A DNA stretch of 64,000 nucleotides from assembly GCA_051362555.1 (NCBI GenBank), contig CM120649.1:15700567-15764566 (forward strand), given 5' to 3'. Source of the stretch: Lingula anatina (lineage: Eukaryota; Animalia; Brachiopoda). Below the pieces are notes generated by a model. It did not search any database. It was not told where the DNA came from and saw nothing but the letters and a program-made list of their open reading frames with translations. Shown here piece after piece: positions 24,113 through 37,298 of this stretch. The position numbers were made by a program, and so were the translations under genes. Each line of letters begins with the position of its first letter. Within the stretch, counting starts at the first letter, position 1.

Positions 24113-26409
24113 ATCTGAGCAATAAATTTGTGTTTATGAACAGTATGGACGGACAAAAATCACAAGTTTGATTTATTGATTAAAGTTTGTCAGGGGGATA
24201 ATCGTACGCTGAACATAAGTTTATGAATTTATAAGATATTATTGCGTTTATACACCGACAAATATGCCTTTCTGTTCTATTTATTCACCGCATAGCGTCA
24301 GACGCTATTGTTATAGCAACCAATAAACAGTGTGTCACATTCAGTAAGTACATGCTTGTGGTAAACAATACAAGGGTCGAAGTTCATTTTCGGTCAATAA
24401 AGCCTTGCTATTTGCTTTGCGATGAAAAATCCCCTCATTTTTCTTTACGTTCAGTTGCATGACTCATAACAAAAAGTGCGGGGATTTTTGTCGGTCATAA
24501 CCGAATAGCAGTAAGTTATCTCAAAAGATTAATATTGGATTCGTTTCTTCTTATCTAACACGCACAGTTAATATTTAATCATTTATTTGGCATATCTCCA
24601 GCCTTAGATTGTCAGTGTTTTATAAAGGTGATTAACCGATTTTATTGGTTTTACGGGTAAAATTTCCCTAGTCTTTTTTTCTAACTTGTATTGACGTTTT
24701 ATGAACCTTCGAATGTATCAGGTGGCTTAGCTACAAAATTCAAAAGTCCTCTAAGAAGGTGAAAAAGCCGGGCTGGTTGTGCATTACTACTTTGTTACTA
24801 CATTAATGAGCTTCTCGTAAGTTTGATCTTGTTGATTTCCTCGGGTAAAAAGAAAGGGAAATGGAACAAAATAATATGTCAACGGGTTTAGTACAACATA
24901 ATCATGTATTATTTTATTTTTTCCTCCATAGAAATTATTAATACATTTCCATACAAATAACTAGTAGGCCAACTGGCTAACCGTAACCCATACTATAATT
25001 ATATGGACCCCGAGCCTCTATGTCTAACACAATCATCCCTGCCACACCGCGCTCCGCCCTCTCACTGAGACAGCAGTTGATAGATTGGTTTTGTGTCGGA
25101 GCGAGGGCATGCATGGTAGCGTGCGTGCAGTGTTATCTTTTTTCTTACAAAGAAGGCTATCTCTAGTAGTCAAGAAACAGTGCCCACTCAAGCGATTAGA
25201 TACCTTACTGATCAAATTTTGGGTCACGCAAAACACTGGATAAATCGATATTATACTAGTTCAGGCTACCTCTACCATAGTCTCAGAGAGCATTTTTACA
25301 CTGCAGGTATATATTCACAGATATTTCTTGGGCTCGTTTTATTCTCTGCACGTTTCTGAACTGCTATATTTTTCCAAGTTCAACAATTAAATGATAATAA
25401 TTGCAATATTGATAAAAATGAAAAAAGGCATTACTTAAACTTGTCTCTTGTAGTGAGTATCTACAGTTCACATGTAGTATATCCAGTCTTGTTGACTATG
25501 GCAGAAAAATTGTGACTGGAGCTCAACTAACACAATCGGGAAATCTTTATTGAAATACATGTAGTTCCCAATAGCCCTTCAGGTAGAGCCCTAAATTTTG
25601 GCCCAACATTACTGTATACCATTAAATAAATTCATATCTCACCATATACCTTTAACAAGGTCAGAAGTTAGCAGAAATAACCATAAACCATTAATCTTGA
25701 CTACGATTCTCTTTTTAAAAAAATATTTATATTTCCGAAAAAATGCCTCGAATTTAAACTCAGGTGACCTCTTACTTGTTTACAGGTTAGACAATATCGC
25801 AAAACTCCCCCTACCTCCTCCGATTTCTTTAAAATTATGCTTCAGCTGCATAATGGCACATAGATTTGGGCTTTCTCTTTTTCATATTATGGAATTTTTC
25901 TCCCCCCCCCCCCCACCCCCCCCCCCACCCAACCACATATTTTAAGATGCGGTCATTTTAGCAACAGGGTGTTATATTAAAGACCATTTACATAACGAAA
26001 GCTACTGATTTGAAAGTTTAACAGCACAGACGCTGCATCCTGACAAAATGAACTTTCACGTGATACCAGTAAACCCAGGTCACCCTATCGGTAGCGATGG
26101 ACCCCTGAACCTAACGGACTACAAGTTGTCTTCAGTATAATGTAAGTTACTTAGCACAATTTTAAGAAATATTTTTATTAACCTTTCTATTTGAACGAAA
26201 GGTGGTAAAATTATACGAATTCGGATATAAATGCCTAAGCTGCTGCAACGAAGCAGTATCGTAACTGTGTGTGACAGGAAAAACGCTCTTGAGAGAGCTG
26301 CTGAATCAACAGAACAGCGATTTATTTTCATCCGTGTCAGCTGGACGCTCGCTTCATTTTTCGCGCATTCACAACCATTCACTATTGAAAGCCCCCAAAG
26401 TTGAGCCAT

Positions 26410-26550
26410 GAACTAACAGATCCGCGGATCAAACATGGCCAACCCACTTGAGAGCGTACTGCGTAATCCCCTCAAGAATCAGCGTCTATTAGGGGATTAT
26501 GCAGCAAGTTTGCAAGTGGGTCGGCTAATTTGATTCATGGATTAGTTAGT
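26410..26550. repeat. Imperfect palindrome of about 140 bp (MITE-like hairpin)
   Basis: aactaa..gatcaaa..ggccaacccacttg..ctgcgtaatcccc pairs with ggggattatgcag..caagtgggtcggct..tttgatt..ttagtt. Confidence 0.65.
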
Positions 26551-27355
26551 CCGCGGATCAACTTCATCTGGATGCGCACCTTATAACGAAGTGAAACTGA
26601 CATGCTGTGAAACTACGGAACAGTGCTAATTTCTTTATTTTTGTTATGCATTTTGCAGTTTTGATGTGCATGGATAAAAAAGGGCATATATGTGCACGGT
26701 AATAATAGTAATAAATATAAACAATGTTTCGTGTACCAAACATTAAAGTATTATAAATGTTGCTCAAAATATGATAATAATAATAATTAAGAGTTAATTT
26801 CGTTTTAACAGGCAAACTTTGATGGTAGGTTGTTTCACTCTCGTAGAGTTGCCTATGGACATTTTGTTGTAAAGCAAATGACATACACTTTCGATAATTA
26901 CAAAACATTTAAAACAGAATCAAATGTGTAGGAAGTTATTGAGTGCAAGTTTAATTTCTTTAAATGTCAACGAGTGTAGAGATTGTTCTCGAAGTAAGGG
27001 AAGATGGAACGTTTCAGAGTCAGATATAGTTGGATCTGATTTGCACGTTTTTAACACGTGTAGAACTCATGCATACTTGAGTTGGACAAGATCCAAGATG
27101 AGTAATTCGGAAAATATTTTAAATATTTTAATTATAAACAAGTCTCATTTAAATTACTAAATTAGGAAATGTTGAATAGAGTTTTGTAATATGAGAATGG
27201 GAAATTCTTTGGGAAAATAGTGTATAAAAACTTGTACATTCTGTGAAAAAGAGTCGGTGAATAAACGTTCGAAAGCTCCAAACTGCTGTCGTCATTCCTC
27301 ACTATAACAATTTTAATAATTTTTTCCTACTGATACTAATTTTTCAATCGGCTGC

Positions 27356-28991
27356 TTAATACGAGATCATGAAAGCTCCAAAAAATGTCGATTTCCGATT
27401 AATTGCAATCTTAAAGGAAGGCCCCGTGGCGTCCCTGTTGCTAATGGTAACAAATATGGCATCCTTGTAGAGCAGCTGAAATATGCCCCCCGTGTACAGC
27501 GTCTGTGTCGTCCTCCCGGTCCTCCGACCACGTGGTCCAGGAAGATAACTATTGGAAGGCGACGCACAGGAAAGGATTGTGTTTGTGTCAGGAGTTGCTT
27601 CACTGAAGTCAAAGGAGGAAGATAACGATATAATGATAATAATATTTATAATAATAATAATTAATAACAACTTCTTAACAGTACCCCCACCCCCACCCCC
27701 ACCCCCAGCCATAAAAAGCCTTTTACTTTTCTTACAGTCAGCGTCTAGATAAGTATGGAACCTGCTTGCCAGTCGGCGAATAGCTGTAAAGGTAAAGTTT
27801 CCATTCAATTTATAATCGACATGAAATAAAATTTATTGTATTGTATTGTATTGTATTGTATTGTATTGCCACTGTTGTCGGCCTAGCCCCCAAACCCCAA
27901 TACCCCGCCCCTTCAAGCATTTTTCTCTGCCCCAGTCGATTTATGAAACACATTTCACTTCGTTTTTTTTTTTTTTTTTTTTTTTAATATTTTATTTGTT
28001 TACTCTACTTATAATGGTCGATAGTGTAAGATTATTAATCATAATACCTGCAACCGCTTGCTATGGCACATTTGTGAATACAAAACTCTAAAGATTTGGT
28101 GGTATCAGTTGTGACGTCATAATGGAGCTGGGCGTACACGTAATACAGTCCCGCCCTCTTCACGTCAATCATATTTGATTTTTCATCAAATTTGAGAAAA
28201 GCGGTACTTCCACTGGTGGCAACCTTCCAATTCCCAAACGAACCTATGATAATGATAAAAAAAATGATGTAAGTACATGAACAAGATTGCGTTTCGTATC
28301 AATACACTGTAAAATGTATGTTTGAAACAGAAAAATAGCACTCACCATTTGATAAAATGCTCTCGGAGCGCCGCTTTCCTTCTTCTGCCGGTGAGAGGTG
28401 TATTGCGCCGCCTGTCTATTTCAATTTTGAAAAAGAGGAAAGAGAAATAAGTTAAACAGAATTATGCCGTCAAATTTATTATACCAATATCCGTGTTTCA
28501 TTTCTCCTAGCTATTGGCATGTCTATACTTCTTTTGACAAACAAGCCTTTAATACCCCGTCTACCGCTGTACTACGGCTTTTAGAAAAGGCACATTTTAG
28601 GCCTAGAGGGTATTCAACTGAGGCACCAGTTGCATTACACAAAAACTTCGATTTTGAGTATCGTTTTATAATATTTCTGAAAATAATTGAACAGTTCCCT
28701 GTGGTTAAACCACATCCTTGTTATCAGAAACGCTATGCCATATTTGAAGTACATTATCCATGCGTTCGAAGGAAGCGGTTTCGCATTCAAATATGCTTTC
28801 TTTCCTATAATTTAAAGTACTGTCTAATCTGGATTCTTTACGATGTTGCCAGAAATCCCGATACTTTTGACACACAATGCTTAAACTGATTTTGGCTCCA
28901 CACAAAAGCCCCATAAGCTATGGAAAAATTCTCAAATAAAGTTTGTAGCTCTGCACTGTTTTCAACATATTTTTGGTTCTCTAAAAAACAC

Positions 28992-29037
<46 letters not shown>

Positions 29038-29163
29038 TCTTACCTGCTTATTGGTATAACGTCTGCCAAGTCCCCCAAATACTTGTACCGGTTCAATGCT
29101 GACGATACATAGGGCTATGCTTATTTCGAAAACAAGCCACTCTAGAAAGCTGAGCCTTCCCAT
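27356..29163 (-). CDS. TNF-superfamily ligand, about 210 aa; coding exons 29163-29044, 28415-28346, 28243-28048, 27602-27356
   Basis: TNF homology domain motifs GAIHL, NW, IDVKRAGLYYVYAQL, TLYTGGIFQL..KDAIFV, STFFGAFMI. Phase-compatible splice sites: CAG|GTAAGA 29044 (phase 0), G|GTGAGT 28346 (phase 1), AG|GTATTA 28048 (phase 2). N-terminal hydrophobic segment FLEWLVFEISIALCIVSI. Confidence 0.9.
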
Positions 29164-29843
29164 TTTTACAGTAGCTCACTAGTAACTATGAGCAAAATAT
29201 TTTGGTTAAATATTTCGGTCAAATACTTTGCTTATATATTATTATGCCAATAGAGAGGGGATTATCGTTGATTTTGAAGGCTAATCTACTGTGTTCAAAC
29301 TTGTGCCTTCCTTTTATTGGTATCGGAATTATTTTTAATTGGAACTTTTTATATGATTCACATTTTATTTAGTATCTGTGGAAAGAGAAGATTTTATACA
29401 TTAACTTCACTTTCTATAATATTAAGTAATTCATTTTTTCAAATAGTATATTTTTCAGTTTTAGGAGTTTCGTCATCAGGATAAGAAAAATAATGCAAAA
29501 ATTAAAAATAAAGAGAAGAAGGATGAAAGAACTGTGTGAAATTGGACGATCTTCCTTTTTACCACAAAAATGATGTCACTATCAGCCTCTACTTTCATTA
29601 CACACTTTCCTTTCATCTTTTCCTTAAAAGAACTAAACGAACTCTAGTTTCGGTACCCGGATCCTTCGTTTATTCATTGCAGGTCTACTCATAAAATAGG
29701 GTAATAAAACCACAGTTTATTTCACTATATATGGGTTTGAAAATGACCAATGCTTCTTTTTGCCATCCTTCATCCATAGCTTCTTATAAAAACTTACATA
29801 CACCTTAAAAATGATATAATCCTAATTTTTTTCTTGGACGTAC

Positions 29844-30022
29844 CTGATGTTGATACTTCCATTGGAGCTTATAGGAAAAAGGTCACTGTTATAATGACTG
29901 GCCAATCATTTTAAACTAAAATCAACCTTTATACATTTTATCAAAGTTCGAATCCACGTGCAGAGAGGGATAGGTAAATGATTCGTGAGAACAAGAAAAT
30001 TGCTTATTTTCCCGGGAAACCC
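29844..30022 (-). promoter_or_regulatory. Predicted TNF-ligand promoter and first exon
   Basis: Minus strand: TATAAAG (29933-29927), Inr-like CCAGTC at about 29900, ATG 29862, donor CAG|GTACGT 29844. Upstream overlapping TTCCCGGGAA (STAT-like palindrome) and GGGAAACCC (kB-like) at about 30009-30022. Confidence 0.6.
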
Positions 30023-30120
30023 ATTTTGGCAGGTTCCCTGGCTAAGAACTTAATTACCGAGGTTACATGGTCACATTTTACCGAGGCTACATGGTCACAT
30101 TAAAACCTATCAGGAGCAGT

Positions 30121-32772
30121 AAGTCCGGTTGCTTAGGGCAAAAAAATGGCCAAATCGTGACACAGCGGATAAAAGCACCAAATTTTGCATGTGGGTACCT
30201 TTTGACATACTAAATCAAATTAGAGCCGTAGCCCACGGAAAAAATTTACCGTTTGGCCAAAAAATCCAAAATGGCCGCCAATTTGTGAAATTTTGTAGAA
30301 ATATATATACATATCTATGTTGATTTTTATCAAATTAAGTATTTTCTCAATGTTTTCCACATCCTTATTACCCATATTATGCATATGTGTCAGATAACAA
30401 ACTAGTGTCCTTGGACTTATTGAAAAATCCAAGATGGCCGCCGTATGGCATAGGAATACTAGAACATGTACAAGGGTTTTCAACTAACTAATGCCAACTA
30501 GGAAGATGCATTGCCCACTATCTAATTAATTTTGTTTCTTATTACACAAATAATATATTTGTGGGGAGTAACTAACCTTTATTCACAGGCAATTCGAGAA
30601 AAATCCAAGATGGCCCCCATATCAAAGGAATACTAGTATACACATAGGGCTTCTTCTGCCATGGAGATATAATATTAATTGATAAATTAGGTTTGTTTCT
30701 GAGTATTTTCCACATCTTTTTAATTAACGTAATACATATGTGATGAGAATGTTATGTGTATCCTTTTTGAAAACAAAACAAAACAAAATGGCTGCCATTA
30801 GCCGTAGAAGGTGGGGTTCAGTTAATACCTGTGAGAGATAGGCTTACAAATAAAATGAAGCTGAATTCAGTTGTTATTCTTTTTTTTTTAGTATTATTAT
30901 CCCATGACACATATCTGTTAGGTAATTAATGTCCATATTTTATCATTTTGGGGAAATCCAAGATGGCCTTCTTTTCCTCATAGGAAAACTGGTGCATTAG
31001 ATTTTATAGGCACTTCTAAGGCAAATGAGGGTAATCATGATATTTTTTCAAAATACTTAAGGGTATACACTTGTTACCCACCAGATAGATATCTAAAAGT
31101 CCAAAAAGAATGTGGGAAATACCGAGAAACAAAATTCATTTTATATTGAACCCAATGTTTCTCTGGCAGTAGTTGACTGTACTATTCCTATTGTGAATTG
31201 CAGCAATCTTGAATTTTCTCAAATATGCAAGATGCACACTTGCTACACACCAGATTTATAAAGAGTAAGGTTAATAAGGATGTCAACATGTTTAAACATC
31301 AAACGGCTTTATTTGAACTGTTCTATTAATTGACACCTATGTGCATTTGAATGATATATTCCTATGACAACTGGCAGCTATCTTGGGTTTTCTCCGAATA
31401 ATACTCAAGGATATATACACTTTCAAAACACACATAGTCTTTCATAGGATATGAAAAACATTTAAAAACGACCCAAAGTTAACTACATTTAAATCGTACT
31501 CGGTGTATCTCTAGCATTATTTGATTATGTGTTCGAATATTCTAATGACTAAAGGCAGACATCTTGAATTTTTTCAGAATACCCAAAGATACACACATGC
31601 TACAGACCAGGTATACATCATAGGGGTAATAATAAATGGAATGAAAACCATAAATTATTTTTAAAACAAACCCATGGAAATGTAATTGTATAATGAACCA
31701 TATGCCTCTCTAGCAGCAATTGAAACCCACCCATTAGTATTCCTATGTTAAATTGTAGGTATCTTTTTCTCAGATCCAAGGATACACAGTATTTACCCAC
31801 CAGATATATATCATAGGACTAATAAGGATGGGCAAAACTTGATAAGCAAAAACAAATTCACCCTGGTAGTAGATGAAAAGCCATGGATGTGCAGTTGTAA
31901 TTCCAGTAGTATTCCTATGGCCAGTGACGGCCATCTTGGGTTTTCTCAAAATGATCAAATATGCACATTTATTACCTGCTAGATATGTATCACAGTGTAA
32001 TAATAATGTGTAAAACACTAAAAAAATAAACTGAATTTGATATTGAATTAGCTGGCATTAGTTCCAACCCTTTGTAATACTAGAAGTATTCCTATTACAT
32101 ATGACGGCCATCTTGGATTTTCTCAAAATACCCAAGAATACTGTTAGTTACTAACCACATACATATTGTTTGGGTAGAAAGGATGTGGAAAACACTCAGA
32201 AACCAGCTTAATTTGATAGTGAAAAACTAATCTTTCCAGTTGCCATTAGTTGAATTCCCCGTATACTAGAATTCCTGTGGCACATGGCAGCCATCTTGGA
32301 TTTTCCAAAATGCCCAAGAACACTTCGTAGTTACTCACCACAAACATATTATGTGGGTAACAAAGATCTGAGAAACAGACTTAATTTGATAGTGGACAAC
32401 GTATCGTTCTAGCTGGTAATAGTTGTGCACTAGTATTCCTATGGCTGTTTCTATGGCAAATGACAGCCATCTTGGATTTTTTCAAAAAGTCCAAGGGAAC
32501 TTGTTTGCTATCTGACATATATGAATAAAATGGGTAATAAGGGTGTGGAAAACTCTGAGAAAATAATTTATTTGATAAAAATCAACATAGGTATGTACAT
32601 ATTTCTAAAGAATTCAATAAATTGGCGGCCATTTTGGATTTTTTGGCCAAACGGTAAATTTTTTCCGTGGGCTACGGCTCTAATTTGATTTAGAATGTCA
32701 AAAGGTACCCACATGCAAAATTTGGTGCTTTTATCCGCCGTGTCACGATTTTTTCCTTAAGCCACCGGACTA
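30121..32772. mobile_element. Non-autonomous foldback DNA transposon (Academ-like), about 2.65 kb, long TIRs and internal degenerate repeats
   Basis: About 340 bp at 30121-30460 is the reverse complement of about 32430-32772 (AGTCCGGT.GCTTA.GG..CCTTAAGCCACCGGACTA). The interior repeats aatccaagatggc / gccatcttggattt about every 150-180 bp. No transposase ORF. Superfamily inferred from the TAG-type terminus and long TIR; TSD unclear. Confidence 0.8.
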
Positions 32773-32996
32773 GTGTTACATCACTCTTATGGAAATCCTA
32801 GTCAGCTAAGCTGGGGAAATGACTTAAGTTTTTTTGTGAAACTGGGGCCAGAACTTTCCTCTTCACAAATATGACTAATTTAACTGTAATACATATCACT
32901 CGTACACACTGATATCTTATCACCTGATAAGATATTAAATTGTGATTTATTTATTATTTTTTATTACGCTGTTTATCGCCAGATGTTTTTGGAGCA

Positions 32997-34620
32997 AAAA
33001 TGTAACATAAAAAATGGTTTTCCTCGGGAAGTTGACACTTCCCCCCCCCCCCCCTTGCGACACGCAACCTTTCTCTTGTCATTTCCTTAAGTTATAAATT
33101 TCTTCACAAAAGTTGTTGTTGAATTGTTCAACAGAAACTAGAAGAAAACAAGGAAGGAAAAGACACGCCATTATCAAATTATGGTAATTCTTTAAAAGAA
33201 ATCCAATCAGGGATATTCCCGATAAAGCTAATTTTATTCAGAAAATGAAGCCCCAGAATCAGGCAAAGGACGAGCTCCCATTGTTTTGTATGGTGACAAA
33301 ATACAGGTTTTACTTCTCACGTGCAGTTGAAAAGTCCCATGGATTGGACCATACAAGGAACTACGACTCATAAGGAAATTACGACGTACGTAAAAGGTTC
33401 GCTTCAGAATACATTTTTATTTATTGATGGTCGGGAAATATTAGCTTTGCTAGATAAACATAAGACTGACGGCAATTTTTGAATGAAGTATATTTTTTTC
33501 TGAGTGATATATCTCTAATACAGCAAATTAAAAAGGAAAAAAAATGCTGCAACAAAACGGTATTCCGGTTTATTTTAGAGGTTAAATATCAAAAAACCCA
33601 TTTTTGGGGAAAATCTCATGGAATGTACCTTTAAGACCTAGATTTAGCAAAATGTGACATAAAAACTGGTTTTCATCGGAAATTTGACACTTTTCCTCCT
33701 TTGCGACACGCAACTTTCCTCTTATCATTTCTTTTAGTTATAAATTTCTTCACGTGGATTTTTTATTATCATTAATAGCTAAGATGTTCAACAAAAACTA
33801 AAAGAAAATAAGGAAGGATATGACAAGCCATTATCAAATTATGGGAATTCTTTAAAAGAAATTTTATCGGGGATCTTCCCGATAAAACTAATTTTCTTCG
33901 GAAAATGAACCTCCCCCACCCCCACTCTTCTCTTGGAATAATTGCTCGACCCACCCGTGCTTGGATTCGACTTTTCATTCCATAATTAACAAATCATATT
34001 ATTTAGTTCTTAACGACTGGCTGCTCATTTAGAACGCCGTCTGCCCACCTTTCCAACATTCACAGCACTCGCACAGCCCAGAATCAGGAAATGAACGAGC
34101 TCCCGTTTCATAATACAAGAGAAAGTCGCAGCGTTTTGTATCAGGCCTGTAGCCAGGGGGGGTTCGGGGGGTTCGAAAGAAACGCCCCTTTTGCTGGGAA
34201 AGGTCCACTCTGGGTAAAATTTGATCTAGGTACATGAGGAGGTTTCTATGGGAAAAGGTCCGCTTTTTCAGAAAAAGAACCCCCCTTTTGTAATTGCTGG
34301 CTACGGGCCAGTGTATGGTGACAAAATACAGGTTTTACTTCTCACGTGCAGTTGAAAAGTCCCATGGATTGGACCATACAAGGAACTACGACTCATAAGG
34401 AAATTACGACAGACGTAAAAGGTTCGCTTCAGAAAACATTTTTATTTATTGAAGGTCGGGAAATATTAGCTTTGCTAGATAAAAATAAGACTGAAGGAAA
34501 TTTTTGAATGAAATATTTTTTCTGAGTGATATATCTCTGATACAGCAAATTAAAAAAAGAAAAATAAAGGGTGCAACAAAACGGTATTCCCGTTTAATTC
34601 AGAGGTTAAATATCAAAAAC
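32997..34620 (+). repeat. Local tandem duplication (copies at about 32997-33595 and 33648-34620)
   Basis: Long shared blocks (tgtatggtgacaaaatacaggttttacttctcacgtgcagttgaaaagtcccatggattggaccatacaagg..). The second copy has extra insertions, including a MITE. Confidence 0.9.
34142..34311. mobile_element. MITE with 5-bp TSD (TGTAT)
   Basis: CAGGCCTGTAGCCAG..CTGGCTACGGGCCAG flanked by TGTAT (34137-34141, 34312-34316). Empty site ttttgtatggtg in the first duplicate copy (about 33284-33295). Confidence 0.88.
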
Positions 34621-34805
34621 TACGCTCATTATTATTCATAAAGAAAAAAAAAAAGATGAAGTTTTTTCCTAGTATTTAGAACTTTTCCATAGATGGCTGT
34701 TTCGAGCAATTTCAACATATGTCTGCTTAAAGAAAGTGAATGGTGGAATGACACTGAGAAAAGAAAAACAATTCTAGTGACATTATGATTTCCGTGAGGG
34801 TACTG

Positions 34806-36790
34806 TCATGGATAGTAATCCAGATTGGTGACATCAGTTTCTGAGATAAAAGCACTGGATGCAGACTCAGTGGGCAAACTACTGAAATGTTTCCTCAGGT
34901 GTTCCAGTCCTTTCTTTGTCATATAATGTTCCTGCTTCTCCTTCTCCAACTCTGCCGTTACTGATGCCAGGTTTCTCTGCAAGTCAGAGATATCATTTTC
35001 ATATAAAAGTTTAATATTTTCCTCCCTGAGTCTATGTTCTCTTAAAAACTCTTGTTTTTGATTTTCCATATCAACCATTGCGTTCTTGTGAAGAAGTCTT
35101 AGGTGATCATGGTCTTTACGCAATAGGTTCAGGTCTTTACAGGTTTCAGTGTACAAAGATTTTGTGTGCCTCAATTCTGCTGTTAACTCCTCAATTTCAC
35201 TACCAGCTTTCTGCAAATCTACTTTCAGACTATCGCACAGAATTTTCAGCCTCTCGTTGGCTTTTGCCACTTCCCGTAAGGATTTGCTCCTCGAGTCTAA
35301 AGCCTTTGCCTGATTTTTACACCTTGTTTCAAGTTCCTTGTTACATCTGTCTAAATCCTCTGCCACATGTTTAAGTTTGGCATTCTGTTCCTTGGCTGTC
35401 CTGAACACACTCCTTAATACACTGATCTCCTTTGTGGACCAAACAGCAGAATCCTCAGGGTCGACAGGGACAGTCTCCGTCTGGCAGCCTCGACTCCGAA
35501 ATTTTAATTCTCCTAAAATGAATACCATAAAAAGGTAAATGCTTAAGGGCCCCTTTTGAACAAATTGAACTGCGGACTGCAGATTTGCAGATCATATATG
35601 GCTGGCCCACATAAAAGCAATGCAATCTAATCCTGTAATGGTCTTTCCACCTCCACAAACTCTGTCCCTGCAGGGGCACAGCAATTAAACCTCAGAGTGG
35701 AGATTAAATCTGTTTGATTGATAGCTTTTAAGTGGGGTCGGCCATATTGAGTCTGCGAATTAGTTAGTACTCAGATCATCTGTTCTTAATGCAACTTAAG
35801 TTACTTTGAAAAGCTCTAGTACAGCTAACTTAAAAAATACAACATTTCATTAATACAAAGTTAGGTTTAAGATTTTATACATCATGATACTTACAGGAGG
35901 TAGTGATATTAATAGTAATAATTATATGAACAATTTGAACCAAAATATCACATCCAACACAATAAAAGTATCACACCTAACATATTATGGCCAGCTTTAT
36001 AACAATAGTATTTTTCTGAGCACCTTTTTTTCTTAATTCCTTTGCTCTCTTCTCCTTCTCTCTCTCCTCTTCCTCAATCTGAGTCATCAATAAAACCCTC
36101 TCATACACATTTTTGATGGAGCTGAGATCAAACTGGGAAATTTTGGTCTCTGGTTCCTGAAAAATATTTAAGGAAACTGAAATTTCACAAACCATCATAT
36201 CAGAAAAAGTCAATTCGGTGATATTTTTAAAACATCACACTTTTGTTTCTCAATATAGATTTTTTTTTTTTTTGGAATAATTTTGAATAATTTTTAGAAT
36301 ATTTTTGTTTTTATATTCAACCAAATGTCATAGACATACTAAAATGGATCAACTTCAGCTGTGACTAATTTGTTGAGAAAAAAAATTGAATTACAGATTT
36401 TAGATATCAGTTTGAAAAATAAAAGCTACTCCTCTTTTTTCCAGTCTTGCTATTTGATGTTTTATGTTCTAATTGCAGCTTGAGGCAGGAATTATGGGAT
36501 ACACCAGTTTGGACATAATTTACCATGAAATCCAAAGGCTATACAGGTCACTTTTGCTTAAAATCATGACCTGAATACATAACAACACATTTTATATACA
36601 TTTAAATTGGGTCATATCCCAAAGATCCCCTTTACAAATACTTCTCATAAAATAAAAAAGCTACTTTTTTATCTGCCCTCTGAACATCTTTGTCAGCTGG
36701 TTGTGTGTCAAGGTCAAGGTCAGCAGAATCGAGGGTGAATGTCACAGGGAACAGCTCTTCCACCCAGTGAGGTTTTCCTGGTGCACCCAT
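34806..36790 (-). CDS. CCDC160: Coiled-coil domain-containing protein 160 homolog, about 321 aa; coding exons 36790-36665, 36156-36024, 35512-34806; 5' UTR exon ending at donor 37792
   Basis: N-terminal KPHWVEELFPVTF and C-terminal IKLLYENDISDLQRNLASVTAELEKEKQEH...KGLEHLRKHFSS resemble the conserved ends of vertebrate CCDC160 as I recall them; heptad-rich middle. Acceptors are clear (36814, 36156, 35512). Donors at 36665 and 36024 are phase-correct but weak. Confidence 0.78.
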
Positions 36791-37298
36791 CTTTGCTCTG
36801 GCCAGTAGTTATATCTGTTAGATTTAGAAAAAAATATCTCGACTACAATTCAATGAGTAGGTTGTTGAAACAAAAAAAGTTAAGTTTGAAAATATGCATA
36901 CAGGTATACAGATTCCCTTGCTTTAAAACATTTACTCAAGCATAATAAATACTTTCTTAGTCAATTTATTATTTAAAATTTTGATATGAAAACACACCCT
37001 TCTCACAACTTGGTATTTTGAATAGTAGTCAGGCTGGTAGTTTGCCTCTGTATTTGGCCTTACATGCTGGGTACTTAGGGCTCATTCCCACTGAAACTAT
37101 TGGTCTACATAGATCAATCCAACTCAGCAGTTACTCATGTTGAATGTTAAACAGTTTAACAGGCCTCCTGGCGTTAGGTACGGTACATGTAGAATACAGA
37201 AAAACTGGTGATTATACAGGAAGGCAATAAGAGGCATGTTAATCTGTTAAACTGGCTGAATTCAGCAAGAGTCCCCGCAGAATTGGACTGATCGGGGC

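Noticed and set aside
27736-27784. Apparent extra TNF exon (ctttacag|..|gtaaga) suggested by ORF 27356-27808
   Set aside because: Phases do not fit; exon 28243-28048 joins 27602 directly and completes the TNF domain.
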